A stretch of 64,000 nt of DNA from Candidatus Omnitrophota bacterium (lineage in GTDB: Bacteria > Omnitrophota > Gorgyraeia > Zapsychrales > Zapsychraceae), in the NCBI GenBank assembly GCA_050250375.1, contig JBFWOS010000001.1, forward strand, positions 27,346-91,345. The letters are read 5' to 3'. Below the pieces are notes generated by a model. It saw only the letters and a list, made by a program, of their open reading frames with translations, searched no databases and was not told the origin of the DNA. This document shows, piece by piece, positions 1 to 9,411 of this stretch. How positions within the stretch are numbered: the stretch's first letter is position 1; every line of letters starts with the position of its first letter. The position numbers and the translations under genes were made by a program.

Positions 1-565
1 TGTTGGAGACAGCGGTCATGGTGATGTCAACCACCATGGCCTTCTTTTTCCAGAGCGGCACACTGATCTCGTGGTACGTGTACCGGTCGTACGGGAAACT
101 CAGTCCGTCGACAATATTGTTTTTGGCTTTGGCGACGTCCGACAGCAAAAGCCGGCTGTACCCCAGGTCCTGCAGGCGCTGGGCGAAATCCAGGGCCAGG
201 CTTTTGCAGAACTCGCCCAGGTTCTCCAGGACAAACTTCTGGTCGTCTTCATCGAATCCGCGCAACTGCAGGGATTTGAGCAGTTTCTCCACACTTTCCT
301 CTTCGATAAAAAAGATGATCGCGCCGGCGGCCTCGTCTTTGGCCTGGGATTCTTCCGAGGCGTAATAGTTAAGCCCGAACACGTAACAGGGGCCGTTGAA
401 TTTCTCCAGGCCCCCGACCCGCATCCGGCTGTTGTATTCGATAATCTCCCGCTCCGCCACCTGCGGCTGGCCGGATAATTCCAGATTGCATTTATTTTTA
501 AGCGTCTGCTCGATCAGTTTTTTTAGGGCATCGGCAATGGCCGTGTTTTCCGCATTGTCTGCCAT
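1..565 (-). CDS. Hypothetical protein, possibly CheX/CheC-like fold; runs off the window edge
   Basis: Not in the ORF track. ATG at 565 after a CAGGAG RBS; open frame MADNAENTAIADALKKLIEQ...LGEFCKSLALDF... continues to the window start. CheX similarity is weak. Confidence 0.7.
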   Translation of the reverse strand, partial: MADNAENTAIADALKKLIEQTLKNKCNLELSGQPQVAEREIIEYNSRMRVGGLEKFNGPCYVFGLNYYASEESQAKDEAAGAIIFFIEEESVEKLLKSLQLRGFDEDDQKFVLENLGEFCKSLALDFAQRLQDLGYSRLLLSDVAKAKNNIVDGLSFPYDRYTYHEISVPLWKKKAMVVDITMTAVSN

Positions 566-581
566 GAATCAAACTCCTGGG

Positions 582-989
582 TTAAACGTACCGCATCGGT
601 GACAAATTGATTTTCGCTTCCGAGATCAGCGTGATGATATCCCGCCGGCTCACCACCCCCATCAGGATACCGTCGCGCACGATCGGGACACGCCGGATAT
701 GCGTGCGCATAAAAAACTTGCAGACCTCCCGCGCGTCGTCATCCTCATGAAAACAAATGACTTCCCGAGACATATATTCTTCCACTTTGTGGTCTTCGTC
801 AACATTTTTTTCAAGTAATATACGCAATAAATCTTTTTCCGACAAGACCCCTACCACCAACCCGGATGAATTAACCACCGGCATCCCGCTGATTTTATGT
901 CTGGTCAACAAATGGAGCGCTTCAATAATCGGCATATCCGGCCTGGCTGTTACCACCTCTTTCGTCATGATTGATCCGACTGGGAACAT
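582..989 (-). CDS. CBS domain-containing protein
   Basis: Two CBS motifs (IMTKEVVT...ISGMPVVN...GVLSEKDL; YMSREVI...IRRVPIV...GVVSRRDI); GGAGG RBS. Confidence 0.93.
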   Translation of the reverse strand: MFPVGSIMTKEVVTARPDMPIIEALHLLTRHKISGMPVVNSSGLVVGVLSEKDLLRILLEKNVDEDHKVEEYMSREVICFHEDDDAREVCKFFMRTHIRRVPIVRDGILMGVVSRRDIITLISEAKINLSPMRYV

Positions 990-1027
990 AGTCCACCTCC
1001 GTGTTTGGCTGACAGTTTATCAAACGT

Positions 1028-1792
1028 TTACGTTTCGATTCGTATCCCGACCGGACAATGGTCCGATCCCGTCACGTCACTCAGGATAAAGGCCTCTTTC
1101 AACTGCGGCCGCAAATTTTCGGTCACGAAGAAATAGTCAATGCGCCAGCCGATGTTCCGTTCCCGGGCCCGCGTTTTGTAATCCCACCAGCTGTAATGGC
1201 CGGGGTCTTGGTTGAAATGCCGGAACGTATCGGTGTAACCGGCGTTGATAAACTTGCTCACCCAGGCCCGTTCTTCCGGAAGAAACCCGGTGGTCTTTTC
1301 GTTTTCCTTGGGGCGGGCCAGGTCGATCTCGGTGTGCGCGGTGTTGACGTCGCCGCAGACCACGACCTTGCGTCCGGCCTTGCGCTGTTTTTCGATGTGT
1401 TTAAAGAACGCGTCGTAAAATTCCATTTTAAACGGTACCCGTTTATTGCCGGACCCGCCGTTGGGATAATAAATATTATAAAGGAGAAACTCCCCGAAAT
1501 CCATGAATAGAGTACGGCCCTCGCTGTCGAACTGCGCCACCCCCAGGCCGGGTTCGTGTTTGACCGGTTTGTTTTTGGTAAAGACCGCCACCCCGCTGTA
1601 ACCTTTCTTTTCGGCCGAGGCCCAATAGGTGTGATACCCGGACGGTTCGAGGATATCTTTGGTTAACTGTCCCGGTTCCGCCTTGGTTTCCTGCAGACAC
1701 AGGATATCGGGTGATTCTTTCTGGAGCCATTCAAAAAATCCCTTTTTGGAAATGGCCCGGATGCCGTTTACGTTCCAGCTGATGATGCGCAT
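1028..1792 (-). CDS. xth: Exodeoxyribonuclease III (AP endonuclease)
   Basis: SWNVNGIRA, LCLQETK, GYSGVA, GDVNTAH, GWRIDYF and SDHCPV motifs. Confidence 0.96.
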   Translation of the reverse strand: MRIISWNVNGIRAISKKGFFEWLQKESPDILCLQETKAEPGQLTKDILEPSGYHTYWASAEKKGYSGVAVFTKNKPVKHEPGLGVAQFDSEGRTLFMDFGEFLLYNIYYPNGGSGNKRVPFKMEFYDAFFKHIEKQRKAGRKVVVCGDVNTAHTEIDLARPKENEKTTGFLPEERAWVSKFINAGYTDTFRHFNQDPGHYSWWDYKTRARERNIGWRIDYFFVTENLRPQLKEAFILSDVTGSDHCPVGIRIET

Positions 1793-1820
1793 AACATTCC
1801 TCTCGCTAAAAATTAATATT

Positions 1821-1848
1821 GTAAGGGCCGTTCGCGAACGGCCCCTAC
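1821..1848. repeat. REP-like palindrome (GTAG/GTAC family)
   Basis: GTAAGGGCCGTTCGCGAACGGCCCCTAC; near-identical copy at 53170-53197. Confidence 0.8.
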
Positions 1849-1887
1849 TTTTGATCTTTGATCCCGCTCTCCGCTAAACCTTTTGCG

Positions 1888-2967
1888 CTAAGCAAAATCC
1901 CCCAGCCTCACCGGAAGCCTGCGAGCTCCCCACTGGCCGGGTTTTTCATCGAAATGCCCGGGGATTCCCGTCCCGCATTTCGCACATTGATTTTTATTTC
2001 TTAATTGATACGTCCCCAGCACATACCAGTCGCGTTCGATCACGCGGGCCTGGCATCGGGAGCAATACGTGCTGCCCCCGTCCGGATCATGCACATTGCC
2101 GGTGTAGACATATTTTAACCCGTTGGCCAGCGCGATCTGCCGGGAACGGGTCAACGTCGCGGCCGGTGTGTTGGGTTTGTCCAGCATCTTGTAATCCGGA
2201 TGAAAGGCGCTGAAGTGCAGAGGCACATCGTCCCCGAGATTCTTGAAAATCCATTTGGTCATCGCGTCGATCTCTTCAGGGCTGTCGTTTTCATCCGGGA
2301 TTAAAAGGGTCGTGATCTCAAACCAGACCTTGGTCTCGTGTTTGAGATAGACCAGGGTGTCGAGTACCGGCTGCAATGCACTGAGCGTGATCTTTTCATA
2401 GAAACGGTCGGTAAACCCTTTGAGGTCGACATTGGCCGCGTCCATGTGGCTGTAAAATTCTTTTCTGGGTTCCGGGCAGATATACCCGGCGGTGACGGCA
2501 ACGGTTTTTATATCGAGTTTGTGACATTCCTTGGCGATGTCGATCGCGTATTCGGCGAAGATCACCGGATCGTTGTAGGTGAAGGCGACACTGCGGCACT
2601 GCAATTGTTTGGCGGCGCGGGCGATCGTTTCGGGTGAGGCCTGGTCGGTCAGGCGGTCCCATTCCCGGGATTTGCTGATGTCCCAGTTCTGGCAGAACTT
2701 GCAGCCGAGGTTGCAGCCCGCGGTGCCGAACGATAAAACACTGGTGCCGGGATAAAAATGGTTGAGCGGTTTTTTTTCGATCGGGTCCACGCAGAACCCG
2801 CTGCTGCGGCCGTAGGTGGTGAGGATCATTTCCCCGCCGATGTTCTGGCGCACAAAACAAAACCCGCGCTGGCCTTCGGCTAAACAACAATCACGCGGGC
2901 AGAGTTCACACCGGATCCGTCCGTCATCCAACTTCGACCAATACCGTCCCTTGAAATTCTGAAGCAT
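1888..2967 (-). CDS. amrS: AmmeMemoRadiSam system radical SAM enzyme
   Basis: N-terminal CELCPRDC...GFCFVR, DPIEKKPLNHFYPG, CxxxCxxC (GCNLGCKFCQN), YVYTGNV and a C-terminal Zn ribbon. Confidence 0.93.
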   Translation of the reverse strand: MLQNFKGRYWSKLDDGRIRCELCPRDCCLAEGQRGFCFVRQNIGGEMILTTYGRSSGFCVDPIEKKPLNHFYPGTSVLSFGTAGCNLGCKFCQNWDISKSREWDRLTDQASPETIARAAKQLQCRSVAFTYNDPVIFAEYAIDIAKECHKLDIKTVAVTAGYICPEPRKEFYSHMDAANVDLKGFTDRFYEKITLSALQPVLDTLVYLKHETKVWFEITTLLIPDENDSPEEIDAMTKWIFKNLGDDVPLHFSAFHPDYKMLDKPNTPAATLTRSRQIALANGLKYVYTGNVHDPDGGSTYCSRCQARVIERDWYVLGTYQLRNKNQCAKCGTGIPGHFDEKPGQWGARRLPVRLGDFA

Positions 2968-3052
2968 GATCCCATTTTACCACGATTCCCCCCCGATTTC
3001 GCTGGGAAATATGCTAAATTCGCAGATAAGGACATTTGCCTCGCCCACTTAA

Positions 3053-3170
3053 AAAAGTGGCCGCCCGGCCACTCTTCTGCCCATGAAATTCCGTCGTCCG
3101 GCGGAATTTGAATTGCGACCGCGCAGTCACAATTGTATCTTTGATCCCTGTCCCCTGATCCCCGATCCCT
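3053..3170. repeat. Repeat R1: three tandem palindromes plus a GATCCCT heptamer tract
   Basis: 3060-3170 is identical to 4088-4198 (111 bp); diverged third copy at 4598-4726. Confidence 0.92.
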
Positions 3171-3250
3171 CTTTCCGGCGAATTAGGTACATTAGGTGTC
3201 CGTCACTTTATTTATTCCCATTTACAGGGCCCTACAATCATTAATCATCA

Positions 3251-4057
3251 TTAATCATCGTTAATCCCGAAACTAGTGCAAAATTTTTCAAGAATCTCTT
3301 CTATAGTCTTAAAATCAGTTATTATCTGCGGATGCAGAAAAACTACCCTGCTTTCTTCCACAGCATGCCGGAATGCTATACATGGCTCACCCACACAATC
3401 GATTTCTTCTTGTAGTTTTTTTACTCTCTCAAAATTCGAATCCCGACGAGACTGCTTATTAAGTTCATTTTGAAGAGATTGCAATTTCTGTTGTTGTTCT
3501 GGCGTAATAGATTCGCGAGGTAAATAAGGCGGTATTCTATGCGCTAATGTATCACGATATTCCTTTAAATAAGCATCATGCCATTCTTTGATATGCCCTA
3601 CACTTAAATAATCACGAAAATTGCTGGGCGCTAGCTCCTTAATTTCAGGATTAAAAAGATTCACATCAAATTTGTTAATCTTGACATTGCCGTTCTCATA
3701 AACTAAGACCCAAGCCAAATTATCTAGAAAACCAAATATATTGACAAAGAAAGAATGCAAATATATTGCAATGTCATGCAATTCATCCTGACTTAAAAAT
3801 GTGCCTCTGGCAAAAGGGAAAATAGAATAAATATTTTCTATACACCGTTCTATAATGGTTAATCTACGACACACTCCGTGCAACATATATTCCTTAGCTT
3901 TCACTTCTTTCAATAAATCAACAACTTGCATCGCCATTGACAACAACCGAGCATACCTCGATTTTAGATAGATCAATTCCTCTTCCATCTTTTGTACATC
4001 TTCTATTTTGAATCTTTGAGCAGGAGTTTTCATTATTTCCCTAAATTTCTTAAACAC
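3251..4057 (-). CDS. HEPN domain protein (Cthe_2314-like), putative RNase toxin
   Basis: AT-rich 268-aa helical ORF with LDNLAW and an R-X4-H motif (YRDTLAH); bracketed by repeats R1 and R2. Confidence 0.65.
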   Translation of the reverse strand: MFKKFREIMKTPAQRFKIEDVQKMEEELIYLKSRYARLLSMAMQVVDLLKEVKAKEYMLHGVCRRLTIIERCIENIYSIFPFARGTFLSQDELHDIAIYLHSFFVNIFGFLDNLAWVLVYENGNVKINKFDVNLFNPEIKELAPSNFRDYLSVGHIKEWHDAYLKEYRDTLAHRIPPYLPRESITPEQQQKLQSLQNELNKQSRRDSNFERVKKLQEEIDCVGEPCIAFRHAVEESRVVFLHPQIITDFKTIEEILEKFCTSFGINDD

Positions 4058-4081
4058 ACACCGATTTTTCTGTCATTTTAG

Positions 4082-4198
4082 AAAAGTGCCGCCCGGCCAC
4101 TCTTCTGCCCATGAAATTCCGTCGTCCGGCGGAATTTGAATTGCGACCGCGCAGTCACAATTGTATCTTTGATCCCTGTCCCCTGATCCCCGATCCCT
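4082..4198. repeat. Repeat R2 (direct copy of R1)
   Basis: Identical to R1 except for one missing G at the left edge. Confidence 0.92.
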
Positions 4199-4223
4199 TC
4201 TGCAGGTGTGTGTCTATTTTATA

Positions 4224-4439
4224 TTAACGGGCCACCCATTCAATTTTACGGTGAGACTGGACACAATCACGCAAATAAAGGTTTATTAAATTCTGGTAGG
4301 GCACCCCCATCTCATCGGCCATGGACTTGAAATACTCAATAACATCATCCCCCAGACGGATGGTGACCGGCTTCTTGAGGCGGGCGGCATAAGGATTACG
4401 GCGCCCTTTCATCTTTGAAAAATCATATTGAGATCTCAT
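4224..4439 (-). CDS. BrnA-family antitoxin
   Basis: YDFSKMKGRRNPY...KKPVTIRL..DVIEYFK...PYQNLINLYL (RHH-type BrnA signature). Confidence 0.88.
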   Translation of the reverse strand: MRSQYDFSKMKGRRNPYAARLKKPVTIRLGDDVIEYFKSMADEMGVPYQNLINLYLRDCVQSHRKIEWVAR

Positions 4440-4528
4440 ATTCTTCCCTCACTGTAATGTCGCGTTTCGTGTTTGGTGGCTTTCCTTGCCGAAATAATTC
4501 TGATTAAATTAGCCACCTCACCATTCAT
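4436..4528 (-). pseudogene. 3' remnant of a BrnT toxin
   Basis: Frame reads ...NLIRIISARKATKHETRHYSEGRI* and overlaps the brnA ATG; the N-terminal part is missing. Confidence 0.8.
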
Positions 4529-4597
4529 TATATTCAACAAATTTTAGAAAACAAGGGGTCAAGACCCTGCATAACCGCATCTCTGCTGTTTTCGGAT

Positions 4598-4726
4598 AAG
4601 TGGCCGGCCACTTTTCTGCCCAATTGGTGCCCCGGGGCACCAATTTGAATTTCGACCGGCCGGTCGAAATGTACGCAACAGATATGCTTGTTCCCTACGA
4701 TCCCTGTCCCCTGATCCCCGATCCCT
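4598..4726. repeat. Repeat R3: same scaffold as R1/R2 with different palindromes
   Basis: AAGTGGCCGGCCACTT, AATTGGTGCCCCGGGGCACCAATT and ATTTCGACCGGCCGGTCGAAAT, followed by the same GATCCCTGTCCCCTGATCCCCGATCCCT tract. Confidence 0.85.
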
Positions 4727-4840
4727 ACATTTACAAACGATTCTACCACGCTTAGCCCGGTTTTCCCGCAGAATTATCGTTGACTTTCCGGGTGTTTCGG
4801 TTAATATGATAATCTTACGTTAATTTCAATCATTATTTCA

Positions 4841-6667
4841 ATGCCTAAAAAACCATTTCAACCGAACCTGAACACCCCGGCTGACCTGCTTTGCAAAGAG
4901 GAACTCAACAAACTCGCGCAAAAAGGGATCTCACAAACGGGCCTGTACGATTCGTTCCGTGATACCGCCAGCGCGGATATCGCCTGGGAATCCGAACAGA
5001 TCGCCAAAAGCACCGGGATTTATCTGGAATTCGACCGCTCCTTCAAGGAGTCCGACAATCACTGGTATTACATGATCCGCATGGCGAATCCGGGCGGGGG
5101 TGTGATCTCGCGCAAACAATGGCAGGTAATCGACGGCCTGTCTGAAAAACACTGCCAGAACCCTTACGGCCTGCCGACCCTTCGTGTCACCAACCGGCAG
5201 ACCATTCAATTTCACTGGATCAAAAAAGAAGGCGTCGTTGACCTGGTCAAATCACTGGCGGAGGCCGGCTTTAACACGTTAAACGGCTGCGGGGACAACA
5301 CACGTAACGTGATGGCCTGTCCGCTCTCGCGCTTCTCGCCGGATTTTAACGCGCTGGACTGGGCGCGGCAGGCGGGATTATATTTTCAATTACCGCTGGA
5401 TCCGTTTATCAAGATCTTCGCGATTGATCCGAATCTTGTGCGCCGTCCGGAACATTCCTTTGCTTACGGGGACAATCTGTTAAACCGCAAATTCAAGATC
5501 GCCTTCACCTGCGTCCATGCCGATCCCGCGACCGGAAAACTGGCCCCGGATAATTGTGTAGAGATGCGCACACACGACATGGGTGTCGCGCCGGTCCTGG
5601 AAAATAATAAAATCGTCGCTTACCAGGTTTATGTCGGCGGCGGGCAGGGCGAACGAAACGGTAAACCGTCGATGGCGGCTTTAAGTGTTCCGCTGGCGAT
5701 CGTTTCCAAAGAACAGCTTTTACCGGTGATGGACGCGGTGGTCCACGTGCACAAACAGTGGGGCGACCGTCAAAGCCGTTTCTGGGCCCGGGTCAAATAT
5801 GTGATCAAAAAACAGGGTGTGGACTGGTACCGCGACCAGGTCTCTTCGCGTCTGGGATTTCCGCTGGAAAAACCGAATCCGGAACTGGACCACGGCGACC
5901 GCCACCTGCACCACGGTTGGCACAAACAGCCGGACACGGGACTGTACTCATTCGGCGCCTATATAGAGAACGGACGCCTGCAGGATGACAGCCAAAACGG
6001 ACGATTAAAAGCCATGGTCCGTCAAACCATGGAAAAGTTTGATGTTGAATTGTCGCTGACCCCGAATCAGGATCTGATCTTCAGCAACATCCCGGAAAAA
6101 CAAAAGTCAGAATTTGAAGATTATTTGAAAAGTTTCGGGTACGGACTACGCAATGGAAAGGCTTATTCTGCGTTACGCCTGCGTTCCGGGGCGTGTGTGG
6201 GACGCGACTCCTGCCGCCTGACGTACACCGATTCAGAAAAATTTGAACCGGAACTGATCGATGAACTGGAAAAACGCGGCTGGGGTGATATGACCGAATC
6301 CATCGGCATTACCGGCTGTGAACGGCAGTGTTTCCGTCCCGCGACCAAGACCATCGGGCTCGTCGGTTCAGGCATGGACCGTTACATGTTTAAGCTGTTC
6401 GGCAATGAAGCCGGCCGGCATCAGGGGGTTCCCCTGATCTCTTCGGATGGTCAAGAGATGCACTTGCGCTCGGTCCCCCGCGAACAGGTCGCGGTCGTGA
6501 TCGAGGCGTTGTTTCAAAATTTCAAAAAGAACGCGCAGACCGGTGAGGATCTCGGTGCGTTTCACCGCAGAATCGGCGCGGACGCCATCATCACCTATCT
6601 CAAAGAAAACCCGCCCACCGCAGAATCCATGACCAAACCGTTTAATACGGATTGTGTGATCGATTAA
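4841..6667 (+). CDS. Nitrite/sulfite reductase, siroheme-[4Fe-4S] hemoprotein
   Basis: TNRQTIQFH, CGDNTRNVMACP, RKFKIA, LTPNQDL, ACVGRDSC and ITGCERQC cysteine ligands. Confidence 0.92.
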   Translation: MPKKPFQPNLNTPADLLCKEELNKLAQKGISQTGLYDSFRDTASADIAWESEQIAKSTGIYLEFDRSFKESDNHWYYMIRMANPGGGVISRKQWQVIDGLSEKHCQNPYGLPTLRVTNRQTIQFHWIKKEGVVDLVKSLAEAGFNTLNGCGDNTRNVMACPLSRFSPDFNALDWARQAGLYFQLPLDPFIKIFAIDPNLVRRPEHSFAYGDNLLNRKFKIAFTCVHADPATGKLAPDNCVEMRTHDMGVAPVLENNKIVAYQVYVGGGQGERNGKPSMAALSVPLAIVSKEQLLPVMDAVVHVHKQWGDRQSRFWARVKYVIKKQGVDWYRDQVSSRLGFPLEKPNPELDHGDRHLHHGWHKQPDTGLYSFGAYIENGRLQDDSQNGRLKAMVRQTMEKFDVELSLTPNQDLIFSNIPEKQKSEFEDYLKSFGYGLRNGKAYSALRLRSGACVGRDSCRLTYTDSEKFEPELIDELEKRGWGDMTESIGITGCERQCFRPATKTIGLVGSGMDRYMFKLFGNEAGRHQGVPLISSDGQEMHLRSVPREQVAVVIEALFQNFKKNAQTGEDLGAFHRRIGADAIITYLKENPPTAESMTKPFNTDCVID

Positions 6668-6764
6668 TCGGCACAGCCGATGAACGCCTGTCCTCCCCTG
6701 ATTCCTTACTTGCGGAAATTCTGAATATATGATATCTTTTGATTATGATCAGGAGGCCTGAACT

Positions 6765-7010
6765 ATGACCATTACCATGACCAGTAAAAACCAAATCACC
6801 TTGCCCAAAAAAATCGTTGATGCCCTCCGCCTGCACAAAGGTTCGCTTTTTGATATTCATATTAAATCGAACCGTATCGAACTGATCCCCCTTGATGTTT
6901 CTCAAAGAGAATTTTCCGATGAAGAATATGAGAAACTCGAAACGATCTATCAGAAAGAAAAAGGATTGGCTAAAAAAGCCACCAAGAAAAATATCCGCAG
7001 CCTTAAATAA
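6765..7010 (+). CDS. AbrB/MazE/SpoVT-family antitoxin
   Basis: MTSKNQITLPKKIVDALRL; AGGAGG RBS. Confidence 0.85.
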   Translation: MTITMTSKNQITLPKKIVDALRLHKGSLFDIHIKSNRIELIPLDVSQREFSDEEYEKLETIYQKEKGLAKKATKKNIRSLK

Positions 7011-7018
7011 AAAACGTT

Positions 7019-7321
7019 ATGCCGCTTCAACTATTCTTTCTACCTGCTTTTGAAAGAAGCTTTAAATCGCTGGATGCCGGACAAAAGAAAATCGTCCGGT
7101 TATTGTTAGAGGCGGTTGAAGCCTATTTTGCATCGGATTGTACTTTAGCGGAAGCACAAAAAATTGCCCCCCGTTTTTTCTACAAACAATTACGAAAACC
7201 GTTTTATGAAGCCGGGATTGAAGGAAAATTACGGATCATCCTCAGACGTGAACAATCACAATGTTTTGCTATTCTGGTAGGTAATCACGATCAGATCAAA
7301 CGGTTTCTGGCGGGCCAATAA
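7019..7321 (+). CDS. Putative RelE/ParE-like toxin
   Basis: 100 aa directly after the antitoxin; FLPAFERSFKSL...FYE...LRIIL...VGNHD pattern. Confidence 0.65.
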   Translation: MPLQLFFLPAFERSFKSLDAGQKKIVRLLLEAVEAYFASDCTLAEAQKIAPRFFYKQLRKPFYEAGIEGKLRIILRREQSQCFAILVGNHDQIKRFLAGQ

Positions 7322-7335
7322 TTAACCATTATACT

Positions 7336-7364
7336 GTAAGGAACGGCTTTAAACCATTCCCTGC
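7336..7364. repeat. REP-like palindrome (degenerate)
   Basis: GTAAGGAACGGCTTTAAACCATTCCCTGC, related to 12020-12048. Confidence 0.65.
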
Positions 7365-7371
7365 CGCCGGA

Positions 7372-7923
7372 CTATTCCTTCCACTTGTAACCTTTTTTCT
7401 CCAGCTTGGAGCGGATTTCTTTGACGTGTTTTTTGATCCACCAGTCCTCGTATTTGGAGAGGATAAAATTGATGTCGCGGTTCCATTCGGTGAGCGCGTA
7501 ATAATACAGCCTGATCCGTTCCGGGGACGTGGCCCGCGATTTCATAAACGAGGTGAGTTTGAAGATGACCGACCGTTCCCCGCGGTAGGGGATGGCGACA
7601 TTAACGAGGATATTGGTCCGTTCCTTAAAATCCATGTCCGTGATCTGGTAACCCAGCGCGTGCAGCCAGCTCTCGTTTTCGTCGTGCGTCTCGTTCTCAA
7701 AGACGAACTCGGGGAATTCTTTCACATCGGTGATCAGTTCGAGGTCTTCGCCCGGAGCGATCCGGCGTTTGTCTTCGCCGGGGATATGGACGCAGTACTG
7801 GGACTCCATCTCCCTGTTGCCGGTGAAGATCTCCTTCATCTTGGTCGTGCCGCTGATCCAGCCCTTGTATCCGTCGCGGACGTGTCTGACAGGCATTTTG
7901 TTTTCGAATTCCATTAAAAACAC
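7372..7923 (-). CDS. Hypothetical protein
   Basis: 183-aa ORF with coding-like composition; GAGG RBS favours the ATG near 7914. Confidence 0.7.
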   Translation of the reverse strand: MFLMEFENKMPVRHVRDGYKGWISGTTKMKEIFTGNREMESQYCVHIPGEDKRRIAPGEDLELITDVKEFPEFVFENETHDENESWLHALGYQITDMDFKERTNILVNVAIPYRGERSVIFKLTSFMKSRATSPERIRLYYYALTEWNRDINFILSKYEDWWIKKHVKEIRSKLEKKGYKWKE

Positions 7924-8013
7924 CTCTAAATGAAAATAAACTACAAATGATATCAGTAATTCGTAAAAACTAAGAAGTCGGAAAAATTTAGGTCCACTGG
8001 TTCAATAAAATGA

Positions 8014-8225
8014 ACCCAGCTCCCCGCATCAAGATGCGGGGTATCTGACAACGGCTTTAGCTCGCTCGTATGAAACAATAACCTCGCCCTCGAGGACAAT
8101 CGGTTCATTCTGCGAAGCATACCCATCCTGCTACGCTCGAATGTTTTCACGTTCGAGCTTCGCAGAGATGATTCTGCCCGACGTCCAACCCCGATGCAAG
8201 CACCGGGGTATGCGAAGCAGAATCA
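8014..8225. mobile_element. Structured non-coding element, possible IS200/IS605-type non-autonomous remnant
   Basis: Two related hairpins, CCCCGCATC-AA-GATGCGGGG (8022-8041) and ACCCCGATGC-AA-GCACCGGGGT (8188-8209), both followed by TAT; further stems at 8109-8118/8157-8166 and 8170-8177/8217-8224. Confidence 0.45.
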
Positions 8226-8339
8226 ATTGTTTACTGACCTCCATCCTCTTTCTTCTAAAATCTTTATTCTTCCCTCTTCCTTCTTATTTCTTACACTATA
8301 CAATCTTTCTAACGTTCTGACCACTCATCCCCATTCTGA

Positions 8340-9404
8340 TCACTGATCACTCTTAACAGCCCATCTCAGCCGCGCGCTTTTTGAGCGCGGATTATCATAT
8401 TGTTCCTGGAAGGACGCGCGGATAGGTTCAGGGTCAATCTCCGCATAAAGCCCGGCCTCTAAGCCTTCCTTAAAAAATGTGCTGACACGATTATCTTCCC
8501 CGGAATGAAACGTCAGGACCGCCGCGCGTCCTCCCGGTTTAAGACAATACGGCAGGTTGCGCAAAAACTGTTCCAGCACAGAAAACTCGTCGTTGACAAA
8601 AATCCGCAGGGCCTGGAACGTCCGGCGGACCGAACGGGTGACGTCATCCTCCGGCATCTCCCGGTTGGCCTTCCTCAAGGCCTTACGTACCGTAAACGCC
8701 AATTGCGCGGTGGTGAACAAATCGTCGCGGCGAAGATAAATCGCGTCGGCAATCTCCCGCGTAAACGGCTCCTCGGAATTCATCCACAGAATTTTCTCGA
8801 TTTCTTCCAGGCCTAATGTCTGAATCCGTTCGCTGGCGGGTTTGTCCAGCAGGGGATTAAACCGCAGATCAAGCGGTCCGGCCGTTTTGAACGTAAAGCC
8901 GCGCTGGGGGTTATCCAACTGCATCGAGGAAACACCCAGATCGGCCAGGACAAAATCAAATCCGCCGTCTACTTCCGTGAGCAGTTTGTGTGCCCCCGCG
9001 AAATTCATCGACCGGATGATCAGCTGTTCCCCGGAGAAACCCAGATTCCTTAGCCGGGCCTCCGTCCGCGCGATCTCAATCGAATCGATGTCGATGCCGT
9101 AAAGTTTTCCGCCCGGGGTGACCCGTTTGAGGAGTTCCTGCGCGTGCCCGCCGTAACCGAGGGTCGCGTCCAGGCCGACTTGTCCGGGCCGCGGATTAAA
9201 AAACCGCAGGATTTCCTGCACACAAATCGGACGGTGCGTTCCGGCCGGGGTCTGTCCGCTCTGAAGGACCTTCTCAACATCCTCAGCGTACTTGTCCGGA
9301 TTCAGCTCTTTGTATTTTTCCTCAAACCGCCTGGGATGGGTACCCCGGTAACGTTTGCGCCTCTGGTGCTGCGGTCCTTCCTGATTTTGATTCGGTTCGT
9401 TCAT
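8340..9404 (-). CDS. rsmH: 16S rRNA m4C1402 methyltransferase RsmH-like (non-dcw paralogue)
   Basis: DATLGYGGH, ADLGVSSMQLD, GPLDLR, TFQALRIFVNDE, TFHSGEDNRV, NPRSKSARLR. Start moved to ATG 9404 to avoid overlap. Confidence 0.88.
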   Translation of the reverse strand: MNEPNQNQEGPQHQRRKRYRGTHPRRFEEKYKELNPDKYAEDVEKVLQSGQTPAGTHRPICVQEILRFFNPRPGQVGLDATLGYGGHAQELLKRVTPGGKLYGIDIDSIEIARTEARLRNLGFSGEQLIIRSMNFAGAHKLLTEVDGGFDFVLADLGVSSMQLDNPQRGFTFKTAGPLDLRFNPLLDKPASERIQTLGLEEIEKILWMNSEEPFTREIADAIYLRRDDLFTTAQLAFTVRKALRKANREMPEDDVTRSVRRTFQALRIFVNDEFSVLEQFLRNLPYCLKPGGRAAVLTFHSGEDNRVSTFFKEGLEAGLYAEIDPEPIRASFQEQYDNPRSKSARLRWAVKSDQ

Positions 9405-9411
9405 CGCGCGC

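Noticed and set aside
3-478. Plus-strand ORFs 3..365 and 71..478, and the many short antisense or alternate-frame ORFs overlapping recognised genes
   Set aside because: They are shadows of well-supported genes on the other strand or frame and show no motifs of their own.
4534-4749. 71-aa ORF over R3 (also 49821..50135, 52419..52610 and 7953..8150)
   Set aside because: They are translations of palindromic or heptameric repeats with no recognisable domain.
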